Assembly (NCBI GenBank): GCA_902628085.1
Contig: CACOLO010000001.1
Span: 153,403-217,402, forward strand
DNA from: an uncultured SAR86 cluster bacterium
GTDB lineage: Bacteria; Pseudomonadota; Gammaproteobacteria; Magnimaribacterales; D2472
Direction of reading: 5' to 3'
Length of the DNA: 64,000 nt
Positions 10,628 through 19,103 of the stretch are shown here, piece after piece (the first letter of the stretch is position 1; each line of letters opens with the position of its first letter). Both the position numbers and the translations under genes were made by a program. The notes below the pieces were generated by a model. It was not told the origin of the DNA, did no database searches, and saw only the letters and a list, made by a program, of their open reading frames with translations.

Positions 10628-11343
10628 AAACTTCAGCACTAGGTAAAAAAATAAATCCTCGTAAGAAGGGACTCAGCTTGTTGGATCCTATCAAAAGACA
10701 AAAGGATAATATTAAATATGGAATTGATATTTGGAATGTATATGATTTTATGTATCTTAACCATAATAAAATTCCCCAACTTGTAGTTCTAGAAATTGTA
10801 ATACCTTATGAATCAAATCTAATTATCGAGTCTAAATCATTAAAATTATATTTAAATGAGTTCTATAAAAAATCATTTTCAAACAAGGAAGCTCTAATTA
10901 AAAAGATAAAATCACAATTAGAATTAACCATTAAGCATCCTATTAAAATTAAAGTTCTAAAGAAATTCAGATCTGAACCAAAATATTTGGATTTAAATAA
11001 CACAAAATTAAAAAAAACTAAGCCAAACACAATAATCAAATTCAATGGATTTAGGTCTGTATGCCCAGTGACATCTCAACCAGATTTTGCAAACATTTAT
11101 CTTTATTTAGACAAGAGTATTGATGTAGGCTATCTCAATAAATATCTAATGTCTTATAAGGAACATGGAGGTTTTCATGAAAAGTGTATTGATAAAATTT
11201 TTATAGATCTGTATTCAAAGCTTAAGCCAGATCATATTGAGGTTTGTGGAAGATTTCAAAGAAGGGGAGGAATTGATATTAATCCAATTCGTGGTACAAA
11301 AAAAAAGATCTTATTCAATAATTTTAGAGAATTTAATCAATAA
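10624..11343 (+). CDS. queF: NADPH-dependent 7-cyano-7-deazaguanine reductase (type II QueF)
   Basis: IESKSLKLYLN, CPVTSQPDF (catalytic Cys) and GGFHEKC motifs. TTG start overlaps the upstream stop. Confidence 0.85.
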   Translation: MKTSALGKKINPRKKGLSLLDPIKRQKDNIKYGIDIWNVYDFMYLNHNKIPQLVVLEIVIPYESNLIIESKSLKLYLNEFYKKSFSNKEALIKKIKSQLELTIKHPIKIKVLKKFRSEPKYLDLNNTKLKKTKPNTIIKFNGFRSVCPVTSQPDFANIYLYLDKSIDVGYLNKYLMSYKEHGGFHEKCIDKIFIDLYSKLKPDHIEVCGRFQRRGGIDINPIRGTKKKILFNNFREFNQ

Positions 11344-11367
11344 AAAGATAATTTATTACTAAATTGA

Positions 11368-11455
11368 TGGCGGAGGAGATAGGATTCGAACCTACGGTGC
11401 GTTTCCGCACACGAGCTTTCCAAGCCCGCACCTTAAACCACTCAGACACTCCTCC
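11368..11455 (-). tRNA. tRNA-Ser (anticodon GGA)
   Basis: Hand-folded cloverleaf: acceptor GGAGGAG/CTCCTCC, discriminator G plus encoded CCA, anticodon loop TTGGAAA, long variable arm GTGCG-GAAA-CGCAC, T-loop GGTTCGAATCC. Confidence 0.9.
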
Positions 11456-11551
11456 GAGGCATGAATTATAACTCTTAATTGAGACTAATTTTGCAATAAC
11501 CTTTAAATAGGATTTAACAAAGTTTTATATCTTGTAACGCTCTATTTTCTT

Positions 11552-11857
11552 ATGTATTATTTAATAGTGCCTTCCAAATATACTAAAGATTTAACAAATA
11601 TTCTTGAGATGTTATGGAACATCGAAAAGGATTTAAATTTAGCCTCCTATAACGAAACAGAAAAAAAGGTCTATCATGTAATTGCTTGGCATTTATCTAC
11701 TTACGGAAACTGTAATATTACCGATGTTATTCAAAATTCAGGTTTTTCAAGATCAACAGTATATAAAACTATAAAAAAATTTGAACAAGCGAATTTAGTT
11801 TATATTCAGCAGTCACAAGGAGACAAAAGAGAGTTTAATTTAATTCTTGCAAATTAA
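11552..11857 (+). CDS. Small winged-helix (MarR-like) DNA-binding protein, orphan
   Basis: ITDVIQNSGFSRSTVYKTIKKFEQANLVYIQ looks like an HTH followed by a wing. 101 aa; no family recognised beyond the fold. Confidence 0.5.
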   Translation: MYYLIVPSKYTKDLTNILEMLWNIEKDLNLASYNETEKKVYHVIAWHLSTYGNCNITDVIQNSGFSRSTVYKTIKKFEQANLVYIQQSQGDKREFNLILAN

Positions 11858-11871
11858 TATCCCTAATTCTA

Positions 11872-12468
11872 ATGAAACATTTTATAAAAGTGTCAATAAC
11901 AGTATATGTATTTTCAATGTTTGTCTGGTCAATATGGTCATATTTACAAGTTGTAGATTTATTTAATTTAAATCCAGAGCGCGAGTGGCTGGGAAGTATA
12001 TGCTATCTTCCTCATGGCTCAAGAGTTTTAATGGTATGTTTCTTTGGATATTACGCAATACCAGCGTTATATTTGGCTGAAATTACTGGACCTGCTCTTA
12101 TCGATCCTCTCGGTTATGTAGATGGATGGAACTATGGTGCAGTTGGATCATTGATTGCTGTGGCAATCGCAGTAGAGCTGGTGAAATGGTCAAGAATTGC
12201 ACCTGGTAAATTTTCATTATTTAAACCAGTAAGCTTTAAAAATTATAAGTATCTTTTTTTAGTTATTGTAATCTCTGCTCTTTTAAATGGTGTTTTAGCT
12301 AATCTAATAGTGTCTATAGTTAATAGTTCAGTTATTGTCGATGTGAGTACTGTGTTTAGATTCACTATTGGCGATATTATAGGAGCATGTACTCTAGTTG
12401 CCGCCTTATGGATAATTTTTACAACACTTGTAGATACAAGGCTTATAGTATCACCTGAAGAAGAATAA
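11872..12468 (+). CDS. Hypothetical integral membrane protein
   Basis: 198 aa with about 5-6 hydrophobic helices, 14 nt after the wHTH gene. No recognisable family. Confidence 0.5.
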   Translation: MKHFIKVSITVYVFSMFVWSIWSYLQVVDLFNLNPEREWLGSICYLPHGSRVLMVCFFGYYAIPALYLAEITGPALIDPLGYVDGWNYGAVGSLIAVAIAVELVKWSRIAPGKFSLFKPVSFKNYKYLFLVIVISALLNGVLANLIVSIVNSSVIVDVSTVFRFTIGDIIGACTLVAALWIIFTTLVDTRLIVSPEEE

Positions 12469-12470
12469 AC

Positions 12471-12499
12471 TTTACTACTGTATAAATATACAGTATAAT
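12471..12499 (+). promoter_or_regulatory. Sigma70-like promoter with embedded LexA (SOS) box
   Basis: -35 TTTACT (12471-12476), 17-nt spacer, -10 TATAAT (12494-12499). TACTGTATAAATATACAGTA (12476-12495) matches the gammaproteobacterial LexA consensus TACTG(TA)5CAGTA at 19 of 20 positions. Confidence 0.7.
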
Positions 12500-12505
12500 T
12501 TGTTT

Positions 12506-12718
12506 ATGAATAAAATAGTTCACATTAACGATCCAGTATTAATTGAATATAATTCTTCTGTTGATAAAGAATCTGCAAAAAAAATGATTGCTTTCAAATA
12601 TTTTAGTAATGACATATGTCTTTTAGACAAATATTTAAAAGATAGAGACGCAATTGATAACAGCTCAATTGCTCATATAGCATTTGAACCTAAGTCGCAG
12701 CTAGAATTTTCATTTTAA
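12506..12718 (+). CDS. Hypothetical 70-aa protein downstream of the SOS box
   Basis: The open frame is listed from TTG 12500. The first ATG (12506) lies 7 nt after the -10 element, so the mRNA would be leaderless or nearly so. No Shine-Dalgarno and no recognisable family. Confidence 0.45.
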   Translation: MNKIVHINDPVLIEYNSSVDKESAKKMIAFKYFSNDICLLDKYLKDRDAIDNSSIAHIAFEPKSQLEFSF

Positions 12719-12767
12719 TATCATAAAAATAACTTTATTTACATAATTGAGTGTATATAATTAAGTT

Positions 12768-12970
12768 TGGTGTCTTGTTTAGTAATTTTTTAAGGGGATT
12801 GCTAGACATTTTATTACTACCCTGAACATGGAGGTGGTCCTATTAGTATTTATAAAACAACAGGAAACGGAGGATTTACCTTTTGACAGGGGTATGCTTT
12901 TGATTTCCGGCTAACAACTTGTTAGTAACAATAGTTAGTTAACCCCCAATTTAAATTGGGGGTTTTTTTT
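12768..12970 (+). ncRNA. Candidate structured RNA (sRNA or riboswitch-like leader), class unknown
   Basis: 262-nt non-coding gap with an extended -10-like TGTATATAAT at about 12752-12761. G-rich islands (GGGGATTGC, GGAGGTGGTCC, ACGGAGGA, CAGGGGTA) stand out from the AT-rich background. Local hairpins and a terminal intrinsic terminator are present. Confidence 0.4.
12943..12970 (+). terminator. Rho-independent terminator
   Basis: CCCCCAAT-TTAA-ATTGGGGG stem-loop followed by T8. Confidence 0.8.
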
Positions 12971-12980
12971 AATTTAAATT

Positions 12981-13862
12981 ATGGAATTAAGATATTGGGC
13001 ATTATTAACTTTACTTGGTGCTGTATGGGGTAGCGCATTCATTTTTATTAAAGTTGCAGCACCTGAATTTGGTGCAGTTCCACTTGTCCAGGCTAGATTA
13101 ATAATCGCTTCATTAATTTTCATACCAGTTTTGTTAAGAAAAAAATATCTCAATCAGTTAAAACCAATATGGAAGCACTCTATGTTGCTGGCTATTACTA
13201 ATAATGCAATTCCCTTTACTATGTTTTCTTTAGCGAGTTTTGGCTCAGATTCAAACATGCTTGCAATATTAAATGCAACTACTGCTTTTAATACTATGAT
13301 AATTGCATACTTTTGGTTAAAAGAAGATGTAACAATAAAACAATTGACTGGTTTAATAATGGGATTTATTGGAGTTATAATTTTGGTAAATCCTGAGTCA
13401 TCATCAACATCGATTATTTCTGCAGTTTTTTGTTTAATGGGTGCAGCCTGTTACTCATTCTCAACAGTTTTTATTCAAAAAAATTCAGCAAATACTAATA
13501 AGCTTGTGTTGATAGGTTGGTCAATAATCTTTAGTGCTTTTATTATGATGCCTGTTACTTTATTTTATTTACCGCCTGAGATGCCTTCATCAGATGCCTT
13601 CTTATCTGTTGCATGGTTAGGTGGTGTCTCAACTGGTTTAGCTTTTTTAGGATACGTGAGGTTAATTGAAAAAATCGGTGCTGTTAAAACATCAACAGTA
13701 GCATATTTTTTACCAGTTTTTGGTATCATTTGGGGAAATATCTTTTTAGATGAGCTAATAACTCTAAGTGTAATAGTTGGTTGCGCAACGATATTGATTG
13801 GAGTATTTTTAGCAACTTCTAAAAAAATTAAGAAGCTTGAGGGAGAAGCTCGTGCAAAATAA
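12981..13862 (+). CDS. EamA/DMT family transporter
   Basis: 293 aa with 10 TM helices as two EamA-like repeats. Confidence 0.85.
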   Translation: MELRYWALLTLLGAVWGSAFIFIKVAAPEFGAVPLVQARLIIASLIFIPVLLRKKYLNQLKPIWKHSMLLAITNNAIPFTMFSLASFGSDSNMLAILNATTAFNTMIIAYFWLKEDVTIKQLTGLIMGFIGVIILVNPESSSTSIISAVFCLMGAACYSFSTVFIQKNSANTNKLVLIGWSIIFSAFIMMPVTLFYLPPEMPSSDAFLSVAWLGGVSTGLAFLGYVRLIEKIGAVKTSTVAYFLPVFGIIWGNIFLDELITLSVIVGCATILIGVFLATSKKIKKLEGEARAK

Positions 13863-14238
13863 AAGTTTAGATGATTACCTAAAAGAAGCTAATGAACTAG
13901 TACCAAGACTTTCTTTTGAAGAAACAATAGCTTTAATTGGAAATAAAGAGACAGTTATTATTGATGTTAGAGAAGAATCAGAAGTTATTAATTATGGACT
14001 CATAAAAGAAGCTATTCATATTCCAAGAGGCCTTATTGAATTTAAATTATCACCAAATTCATCCAATAATCCTGTTGAAATAAAAGAGAGTACAAATATA
14101 TTAGTGTATTGTGCTGGTGGATATAGATCCGCCTTAGCTGGAAAAACACTTATAGAATTAGGATTCTCAAATGTATTTAATATTGGGGGTTTTGATGAGT
14201 GGATTAATTCTGGTGGAGAGATACAACCATACTTATAA
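13852..14238 (+). CDS. Rhodanese-like domain protein
   Basis: Active-site loop YCAGGYRS. I prefer GTG 13852, which is preceded by GGGAG, over the listed TTG 13837. Confidence 0.8.
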   Translation: MQNKSLDDYLKEANELVPRLSFEETIALIGNKETVIIDVREESEVINYGLIKEAIHIPRGLIEFKLSPNSSNNPVEIKESTNILVYCAGGYRSALAGKTLIELGFSNVFNIGGFDEWINSGGEIQPYL

Positions 14239-14274
14239 TTATGTATAATTGCATACAAAATCGGGGGATTTTAA

Positions 14275-16704
14275 ATGAATAAACACACTTATTTAAGCTT
14301 ATTTTTTTTAATTATTTTTTCAGTATCAATTTCTTCACAAGATAACACAATAGAGGAAGTAATTGTTACTGCGACTAAGACTGAGAAAACACTTCAAGAA
14401 GTTCCAGTTGCTGTATCAGTTGTTACATCTGATGTTATTGAGAAAGCTACAATATTAGATACATTTGATTTAAAGTCTGTCATTCCTTCATTGGACTCAA
14501 GACAATATCAATCTTCAACCAATGCTACATTTTTTATAAGAGGCTTTGGTAATGGATCTAACAATCCTGGAGTTGAACCATCAGTAGCATTATTTGTTGA
14601 TGGAGTTTATAGAAGCAAAACTCAATCACAGATATCAGATCTTCCAATGCTAGAAAGAATCGAAGTCTTGAGAGGTCCTCAAAGCACACTCTTTGGAAAA
14701 AATGCTTCGGCTGGTGTAATTAATATAGTCACTAAAAAACCATCATTTGAAGAATCGACAATGATATCAGCAGGTATCGGTAAATATAATTCAAGAGTTG
14801 GAAAAATTTATACAACTGGACCACTCAGTGACACAACTGCCTATAGCTTTAATGCAAACTTTAATAAGAGAGACGGGCACTCAGATAATCCAGTAACTGG
14901 TAATTCAGTAAATAATAGAGATAGGTTTGGAATAAGAGCGGAACTATTATTTGTTCCTGCAGATGATTTATCTATTAGAGTTACAGCAGATTATGATGAA
15001 TACGATGAAATTTGTTGTGCAGTTGGAAGCACAAGCTATGGAACAGCAAACGTTGTTACCGCCTTATTTGGTGGACAGATTATCCCTAATAATCCTTACA
15101 CAGAAAAAGCTTTCTTTGATTTTGATCCTATATCAGACGGAGATAACTCAGGAATATCAATATATATTGAGAAGAACTTAGAAAATATTAAAATTGAAAG
15201 TATTACCTCAAGTAGAAACTCTTACAATTTAGAGCTTCAAGATGTTGACTTTGAATCAGTTGATCAAATAGATGCAAATAGACTTGTTAAAGATCTAGAT
15301 GCGGTTACCCAAGAATTTAGAATCTTTTCTGAAGATAACGAAAATATTAATTGGTTGCTAGGTGCATACTATTATCAAGAAGATATGCATTATGATAACT
15401 CAATATACTTTGGTTCTCTCTGGAGAGCATATATTGATGCTCTAGCACCTGGTGCTCTTGCAGGAGTTGCTGCTGCGTTTGGTATTCCAAACTCAATGCT
15501 TTTTGCTGAAGGACAAGGTGTAAATGAGATCTCAAAACAAGATAACAAAACAACATCAATTTTTGCTCAGCTGGATATTAAAGTCACAGATAATTTAAAT
15601 GCATTAATTGGTGCTAGCTATATTGAAGATGAGAAGACAGTCTCAGTTAATCAAGTCAATACAGATGTATTTTCAAATCTTGATTTCGTTGGAGCAGGCA
15701 CATTGGGGCTTATTGCTGCTGGCATACCTCCTGCACAAGCGGCTGTTTTGGCACTTGATCCTGCTTTTAATCCTCTATTAGGATTGCAGGGCATTCAATT
15801 TTTACCACAATTTGTAAATTTTCCTAATGCTGCTCAAACTGGAAAAAGCTCCGATGATAATGTTGACTATACCTTTAAACTTTCATATCTATTAAATGAT
15901 AAAACTTCAATCTATGGAGGTATTTCAACTGGCTATAAAGCCACAGCTTGGAATATTTCCAGAGACTCATTGCCTGATGCTGTTGAAATTGCAGCTTTAG
16001 CTGCAGCAGGAACTCCTGTAGGAGCAAATACGGGTACTGGAAGGCGATATGCTGATCCTGAAGAATCTGAAGTATTTGAAATCGGTGCAAAAATCAAATT
16101 ACCAACCGGATATTTAAATATCGCAGTATTTGATCAAAAAATTGAAGGATTTCAATCTAATACTTTTGTTGGAACTGGATTCATTCTTGCTAATGCAGGA
16201 TCACAATCAACTGAAGGATATGAGTTTGATCTTGTAATGTCACCAACAGAGTCAATAGATCTTGCAGTTAGTGGTCTATTTATGGATCCAATATATGATT
16301 CATTTCCTAACTCAAGTGCTGGAGATCTTTCTGGCACAATGCCATCAAATGTTTCAAAAGATACTATTTCATCAACGGTCACTTGGAATTGGAATGTGAA
16401 TAACTGGGATGGATATTTTAGATTGAGTCATTTATATGCTAGTGAGGCTAAGATGCTTGAGAATCCAGCATGGCAGGCAATACTTGAAGCAGCAGGTAAT
16501 GGCATAAAAACACAAGATACCTTGAATTTCTCAGCGGGAATTGAGAAAGATAATTTATCAATTATGTTATGGGGCAAAAATATAAATGATGATAAGTACT
16601 TAATTTCAGCTTTCCCAGCAGTTGCTGATCCAACGTTTACTACTTTTTTTGGATATCCGAATGCATATTCATCATACGGACTAACAGTAAACTATAGTTT
16701 TTAA
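14275..16704 (+). CDS. TonB-dependent receptor
   Basis: Signal peptide, TonB-box-like EEVIVTATK, plug motif RGPQSTLFGKNASAGVINIVTK, long beta-barrel region, C-terminal aromatic F. Confidence 0.9.
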   Translation: MNKHTYLSLFFLIIFSVSISSQDNTIEEVIVTATKTEKTLQEVPVAVSVVTSDVIEKATILDTFDLKSVIPSLDSRQYQSSTNATFFIRGFGNGSNNPGVEPSVALFVDGVYRSKTQSQISDLPMLERIEVLRGPQSTLFGKNASAGVINIVTKKPSFEESTMISAGIGKYNSRVGKIYTTGPLSDTTAYSFNANFNKRDGHSDNPVTGNSVNNRDRFGIRAELLFVPADDLSIRVTADYDEYDEICCAVGSTSYGTANVVTALFGGQIIPNNPYTEKAFFDFDPISDGDNSGISIYIEKNLENIKIESITSSRNSYNLELQDVDFESVDQIDANRLVKDLDAVTQEFRIFSEDNENINWLLGAYYYQEDMHYDNSIYFGSLWRAYIDALAPGALAGVAAAFGIPNSMLFAEGQGVNEISKQDNKTTSIFAQLDIKVTDNLNALIGASYIEDEKTVSVNQVNTDVFSNLDFVGAGTLGLIAAGIPPAQAAVLALDPAFNPLLGLQGIQFLPQFVNFPNAAQTGKSSDDNVDYTFKLSYLLNDKTSIYGGISTGYKATAWNISRDSLPDAVEIAALAAAGTPVGANTGTGRRYADPEESEVFEIGAKIKLPTGYLNIAVFDQKIEGFQSNTFVGTGFILANAGSQSTEGYEFDLVMSPTESIDLAVSGLFMDPIYDSFPNSSAGDLSGTMPSNVSKDTISSTVTWNWNVNNWDGYFRLSHLYASEAKMLENPAWQAILEAAGNGIKTQDTLNFSAGIEKDNLSIMLWGKNINDDKYLISAFPAVADPTFTTFFGYPNAYSSYGLTVNYSF

Positions 16705-16721
16705 TTAAATTTTAAATAAAT

Positions 16722-16750
16722 AAAAGGGGGCATGTGGCCCCCTTTTTTTT
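16722..16750. terminator. Bidirectional intrinsic terminator
   Basis: AAAA-GGGGGC-ATGTG-GCCCCC-TTTTTTTT lies between the receptor gene (+) and tRNA-Arg (-). Confidence 0.8.
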
Positions 16751-16753
16751 GAA

Positions 16754-16830
16754 TGGCGCGCCCGGGAAGATTCGAACTCCCGACCCCTTGGTTCGAAGCC
16801 AAGTACTCTGTCCAACTGAGCTACAGGCGC
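16754..16830 (-). tRNA. tRNA-Arg (anticodon UCG)
   Basis: Hand fold: acceptor GCGCCTG/CGGGCGC, anticodon stem CTTGG/CCAAG, loop CTTCGAA, T-loop TTCGAAT, encoded CCA. Confidence 0.9.
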
Positions 16831-16948
16831 AGAGAAGCTATAGGTTAATTGAAAGTGATCTAAGTATCAAAATAAATTTTAGATTTTATTGTCATAAGAT
16901 TACTCATAATTTATTATGCAATCATAGATTTTTATAAAAAGGGGAGTT

Positions 16949-19096
16949 ATGAAGTATCTTAGAAACCTTATTATTCTTATAGTTGGGCTTTATGTTCTTA
17001 CGCTTGGTCTTGTATATGTTGATGTTTATGATAGCAGACCTATAATAAGTTTATTTAAAAAAATGCAATCAGATTCTGCTCTTGAAGTTATTGATTTTTC
17101 TGTAGATAGCTCAAAAAATTCTAATTCTAGACCTTTGCCAAATAAGGACAGAAATCCCTATTATGGTGATTTGCATGTTCATACAAAATATTCATTTGAT
17201 GCGTATGTATTTGGTGTAACAGCATCTCCAGATGACGCATACAGATATGCCAAAGGAGCAGCTGTGAAACACCCATTAGGATATGAAATGAAACTTCAAG
17301 AACCTTTGGATTTTTATGCTGTTACAGATCATGGTTTTTATATGGGTATGATCCAAGCATATGCTGACACCTCATCAGATATTTCTAAAAATGATTTTGC
17401 AGAACCTTTTCATAATCTTAATAGACTAGATAACTTAACGGTTGAATCAGCAGGCGAAAGGTCAAATATTTTTAGTTCTGTTTTGGGTGCTACAATTATT
17501 AAACCATATCCTGATTGGCATCCAAATTTACTTAAAGCATATTTTTCAAGAAATACACAAGGCGCCTTAAGATCTTTCGATTATGATATTCATAAATCAG
17601 CTTGGGCTGATGTAGCAAGATCAGCTAATGAACATAATGATCCTGGTAATTTTACTACTTTTATTGGCTATGAATTTACGACCTCAACAAATATCGAAGG
17701 AGGTAATTTACATAGAAATGTAATATTTGAATCGTCTAAAGCTTCAATTAGGCCATGGACAAGAATAGATTCTATTAATCCTGAAGATCTTTGGACATGG
17801 CAAGATAGACTAAGAGATAAAGGGGTCGACACAATTTCAATGCCACACAATTCTAATGGATCAAATGGTCAAATGTTTGAAATGGAAACATTTAAAGGAA
17901 ACGCTCTTGATGTTGAATATGCTAAGAAAAGAATGAGAAATGAGCCATTGGTAGAAATTACACAAGTAAAAGGAACATCCGAAACTCATCCATTATTGTC
18001 ACCTGATGATGAGTGGGCTGATTTTGAAATCATGGATGTTAGGGTTGGAAGTAGACCGCCAACATACAGTAAGCCATCTGGTTCATATGTAAGAGAGGCA
18101 TACTTAAACGGATTGACATTAGAGTTCACAAAACAAGGCAATCCATATAAATTTGGTCTTATTGGTTCCAGTGATACGCATGTTGTAGCATCTTCTTTGG
18201 ATGAATCTAATTATTGGTCAAAAGTAGGTCTTCTTGATGGTGATCCAGAGAATAGGGGATCAGTCCCATTAAAAGAAGAAAATATTGCAAGATTAGATGA
18301 ATACATGAGAGCTTTTAATCAACCAATAAGCACTGTTTCTCTAGAACAGGGAGAATATGCAAATACAGGATTTACACAATGGGGAGCATCGGGTCTTGCT
18401 GCTGCTTGGGCTGAAGAAAATACAAGAGAATCATTATTTGCAGCATTTAGGAGGAAAGAAACTTTTGCAACAACTGGTCCCAGAATATCAGTAAGATTTT
18501 TTGGCGGATATAATCTTTCGTCAATTGATCTCAATTCTGAATCTTTGGTAAGTGAAGCTTACTCAAAAGGAGTGACTATGGGAGCTGATCTTTTAAATAA
18601 TGACGACCAAATACCAGAATTTATTGTATGGGCACTAAGAGATAAGAATAGTGCACCTCTGCAGAGAATCCAAATCATCAAAGGTTGGATTGATGTGAAT
18701 AGCGGCAGGCCAAAAGAAAAGGTTTTTGATGTTGCATGTTCAGATGGCTTAGAGCCAGATCCAGTTACAAACAGATGCCCTGATAACGGAGCACGAGTAA
18801 ATATAAATGATTGTTCTATCACATCAAATGTTGGATCCTCCGAATTAAAAACTGTATGGAAAGATCCTGAATTTAAAGTTGATGACAAAACTTTTTATTA
18901 TGTAAGAGTGTTGGAAAATCCAACTTGTAGATGGAGTACATGGGATGCCATTAAATCAGGATTTAAACCACGAGAAGATCTTCATGAAACAATTCAGGAA
19001 AGAGCATGGTCATCTCCTATTTGGTATATTCCAAAACAGTCTGAAGTTGAAGTTATTCCTCTTGGCGGAACAATACAACTTAGAAATATAGATTAA
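16949..19096 (+). CDS. DUF3604-like exported protein with PHP-type metal-binding motifs
   Basis: N-terminal signal anchor, then YYGDLHVHTKYSFDA, AVTDHG, PHNSNGSNG and IGSSDTH, which resemble PHP-like HxH/DH metal ligands. 715 aa. Confidence 0.75.
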   Translation: MKYLRNLIILIVGLYVLTLGLVYVDVYDSRPIISLFKKMQSDSALEVIDFSVDSSKNSNSRPLPNKDRNPYYGDLHVHTKYSFDAYVFGVTASPDDAYRYAKGAAVKHPLGYEMKLQEPLDFYAVTDHGFYMGMIQAYADTSSDISKNDFAEPFHNLNRLDNLTVESAGERSNIFSSVLGATIIKPYPDWHPNLLKAYFSRNTQGALRSFDYDIHKSAWADVARSANEHNDPGNFTTFIGYEFTTSTNIEGGNLHRNVIFESSKASIRPWTRIDSINPEDLWTWQDRLRDKGVDTISMPHNSNGSNGQMFEMETFKGNALDVEYAKKRMRNEPLVEITQVKGTSETHPLLSPDDEWADFEIMDVRVGSRPPTYSKPSGSYVREAYLNGLTLEFTKQGNPYKFGLIGSSDTHVVASSLDESNYWSKVGLLDGDPENRGSVPLKEENIARLDEYMRAFNQPISTVSLEQGEYANTGFTQWGASGLAAAWAEENTRESLFAAFRRKETFATTGPRISVRFFGGYNLSSIDLNSESLVSEAYSKGVTMGADLLNNDDQIPEFIVWALRDKNSAPLQRIQIIKGWIDVNSGRPKEKVFDVACSDGLEPDPVTNRCPDNGARVNINDCSITSNVGSSELKTVWKDPEFKVDDKTFYYVRVLENPTCRWSTWDAIKSGFKPREDLHETIQERAWSSPIWYIPKQSEVEVIPLGGTIQLRNID

Positions 19097-19103
19097 GTTA
19101 AAC

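Noticed and set aside
12790-12915. Assignment of the structured RNA to the ykkC/guanidine-I riboswitch class
   Set aside because: Fragments resemble conserved ykkC pieces (CTAG, GGTCC, ACGGAGG, TTCCGG), but they occur in the wrong order, and the conserved GGGUUCCG, GGUCCGAGAG and CCCGGGAGA blocks are not intact. I leave it unclassified.
11344-12980. Genomic island integrated at tRNA-Ser
   Set aside because: The orphan genes lie on the 5' (promoter) side of the tRNA, not beyond its 3' end. I saw no integrase, no direct repeat of the tRNA 3' end, and no compositional shift.
14239-14274. Fur box upstream of the TonB-dependent receptor
   Set aside because: TATAATTATGTATAATTGCAT is AT-rich and loosely hexamer-like. 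It does not match GATAATGATAATCATTATC better than the surrounding AT-rich sequence would by chance.
16734-16937. 67-aa ORF on the + strand
   Set aside because: It runs antisense through tRNA-Arg(UCG) and the tRNA promoter region. The translated 'protein' is simply the tRNA sequence read as codons.
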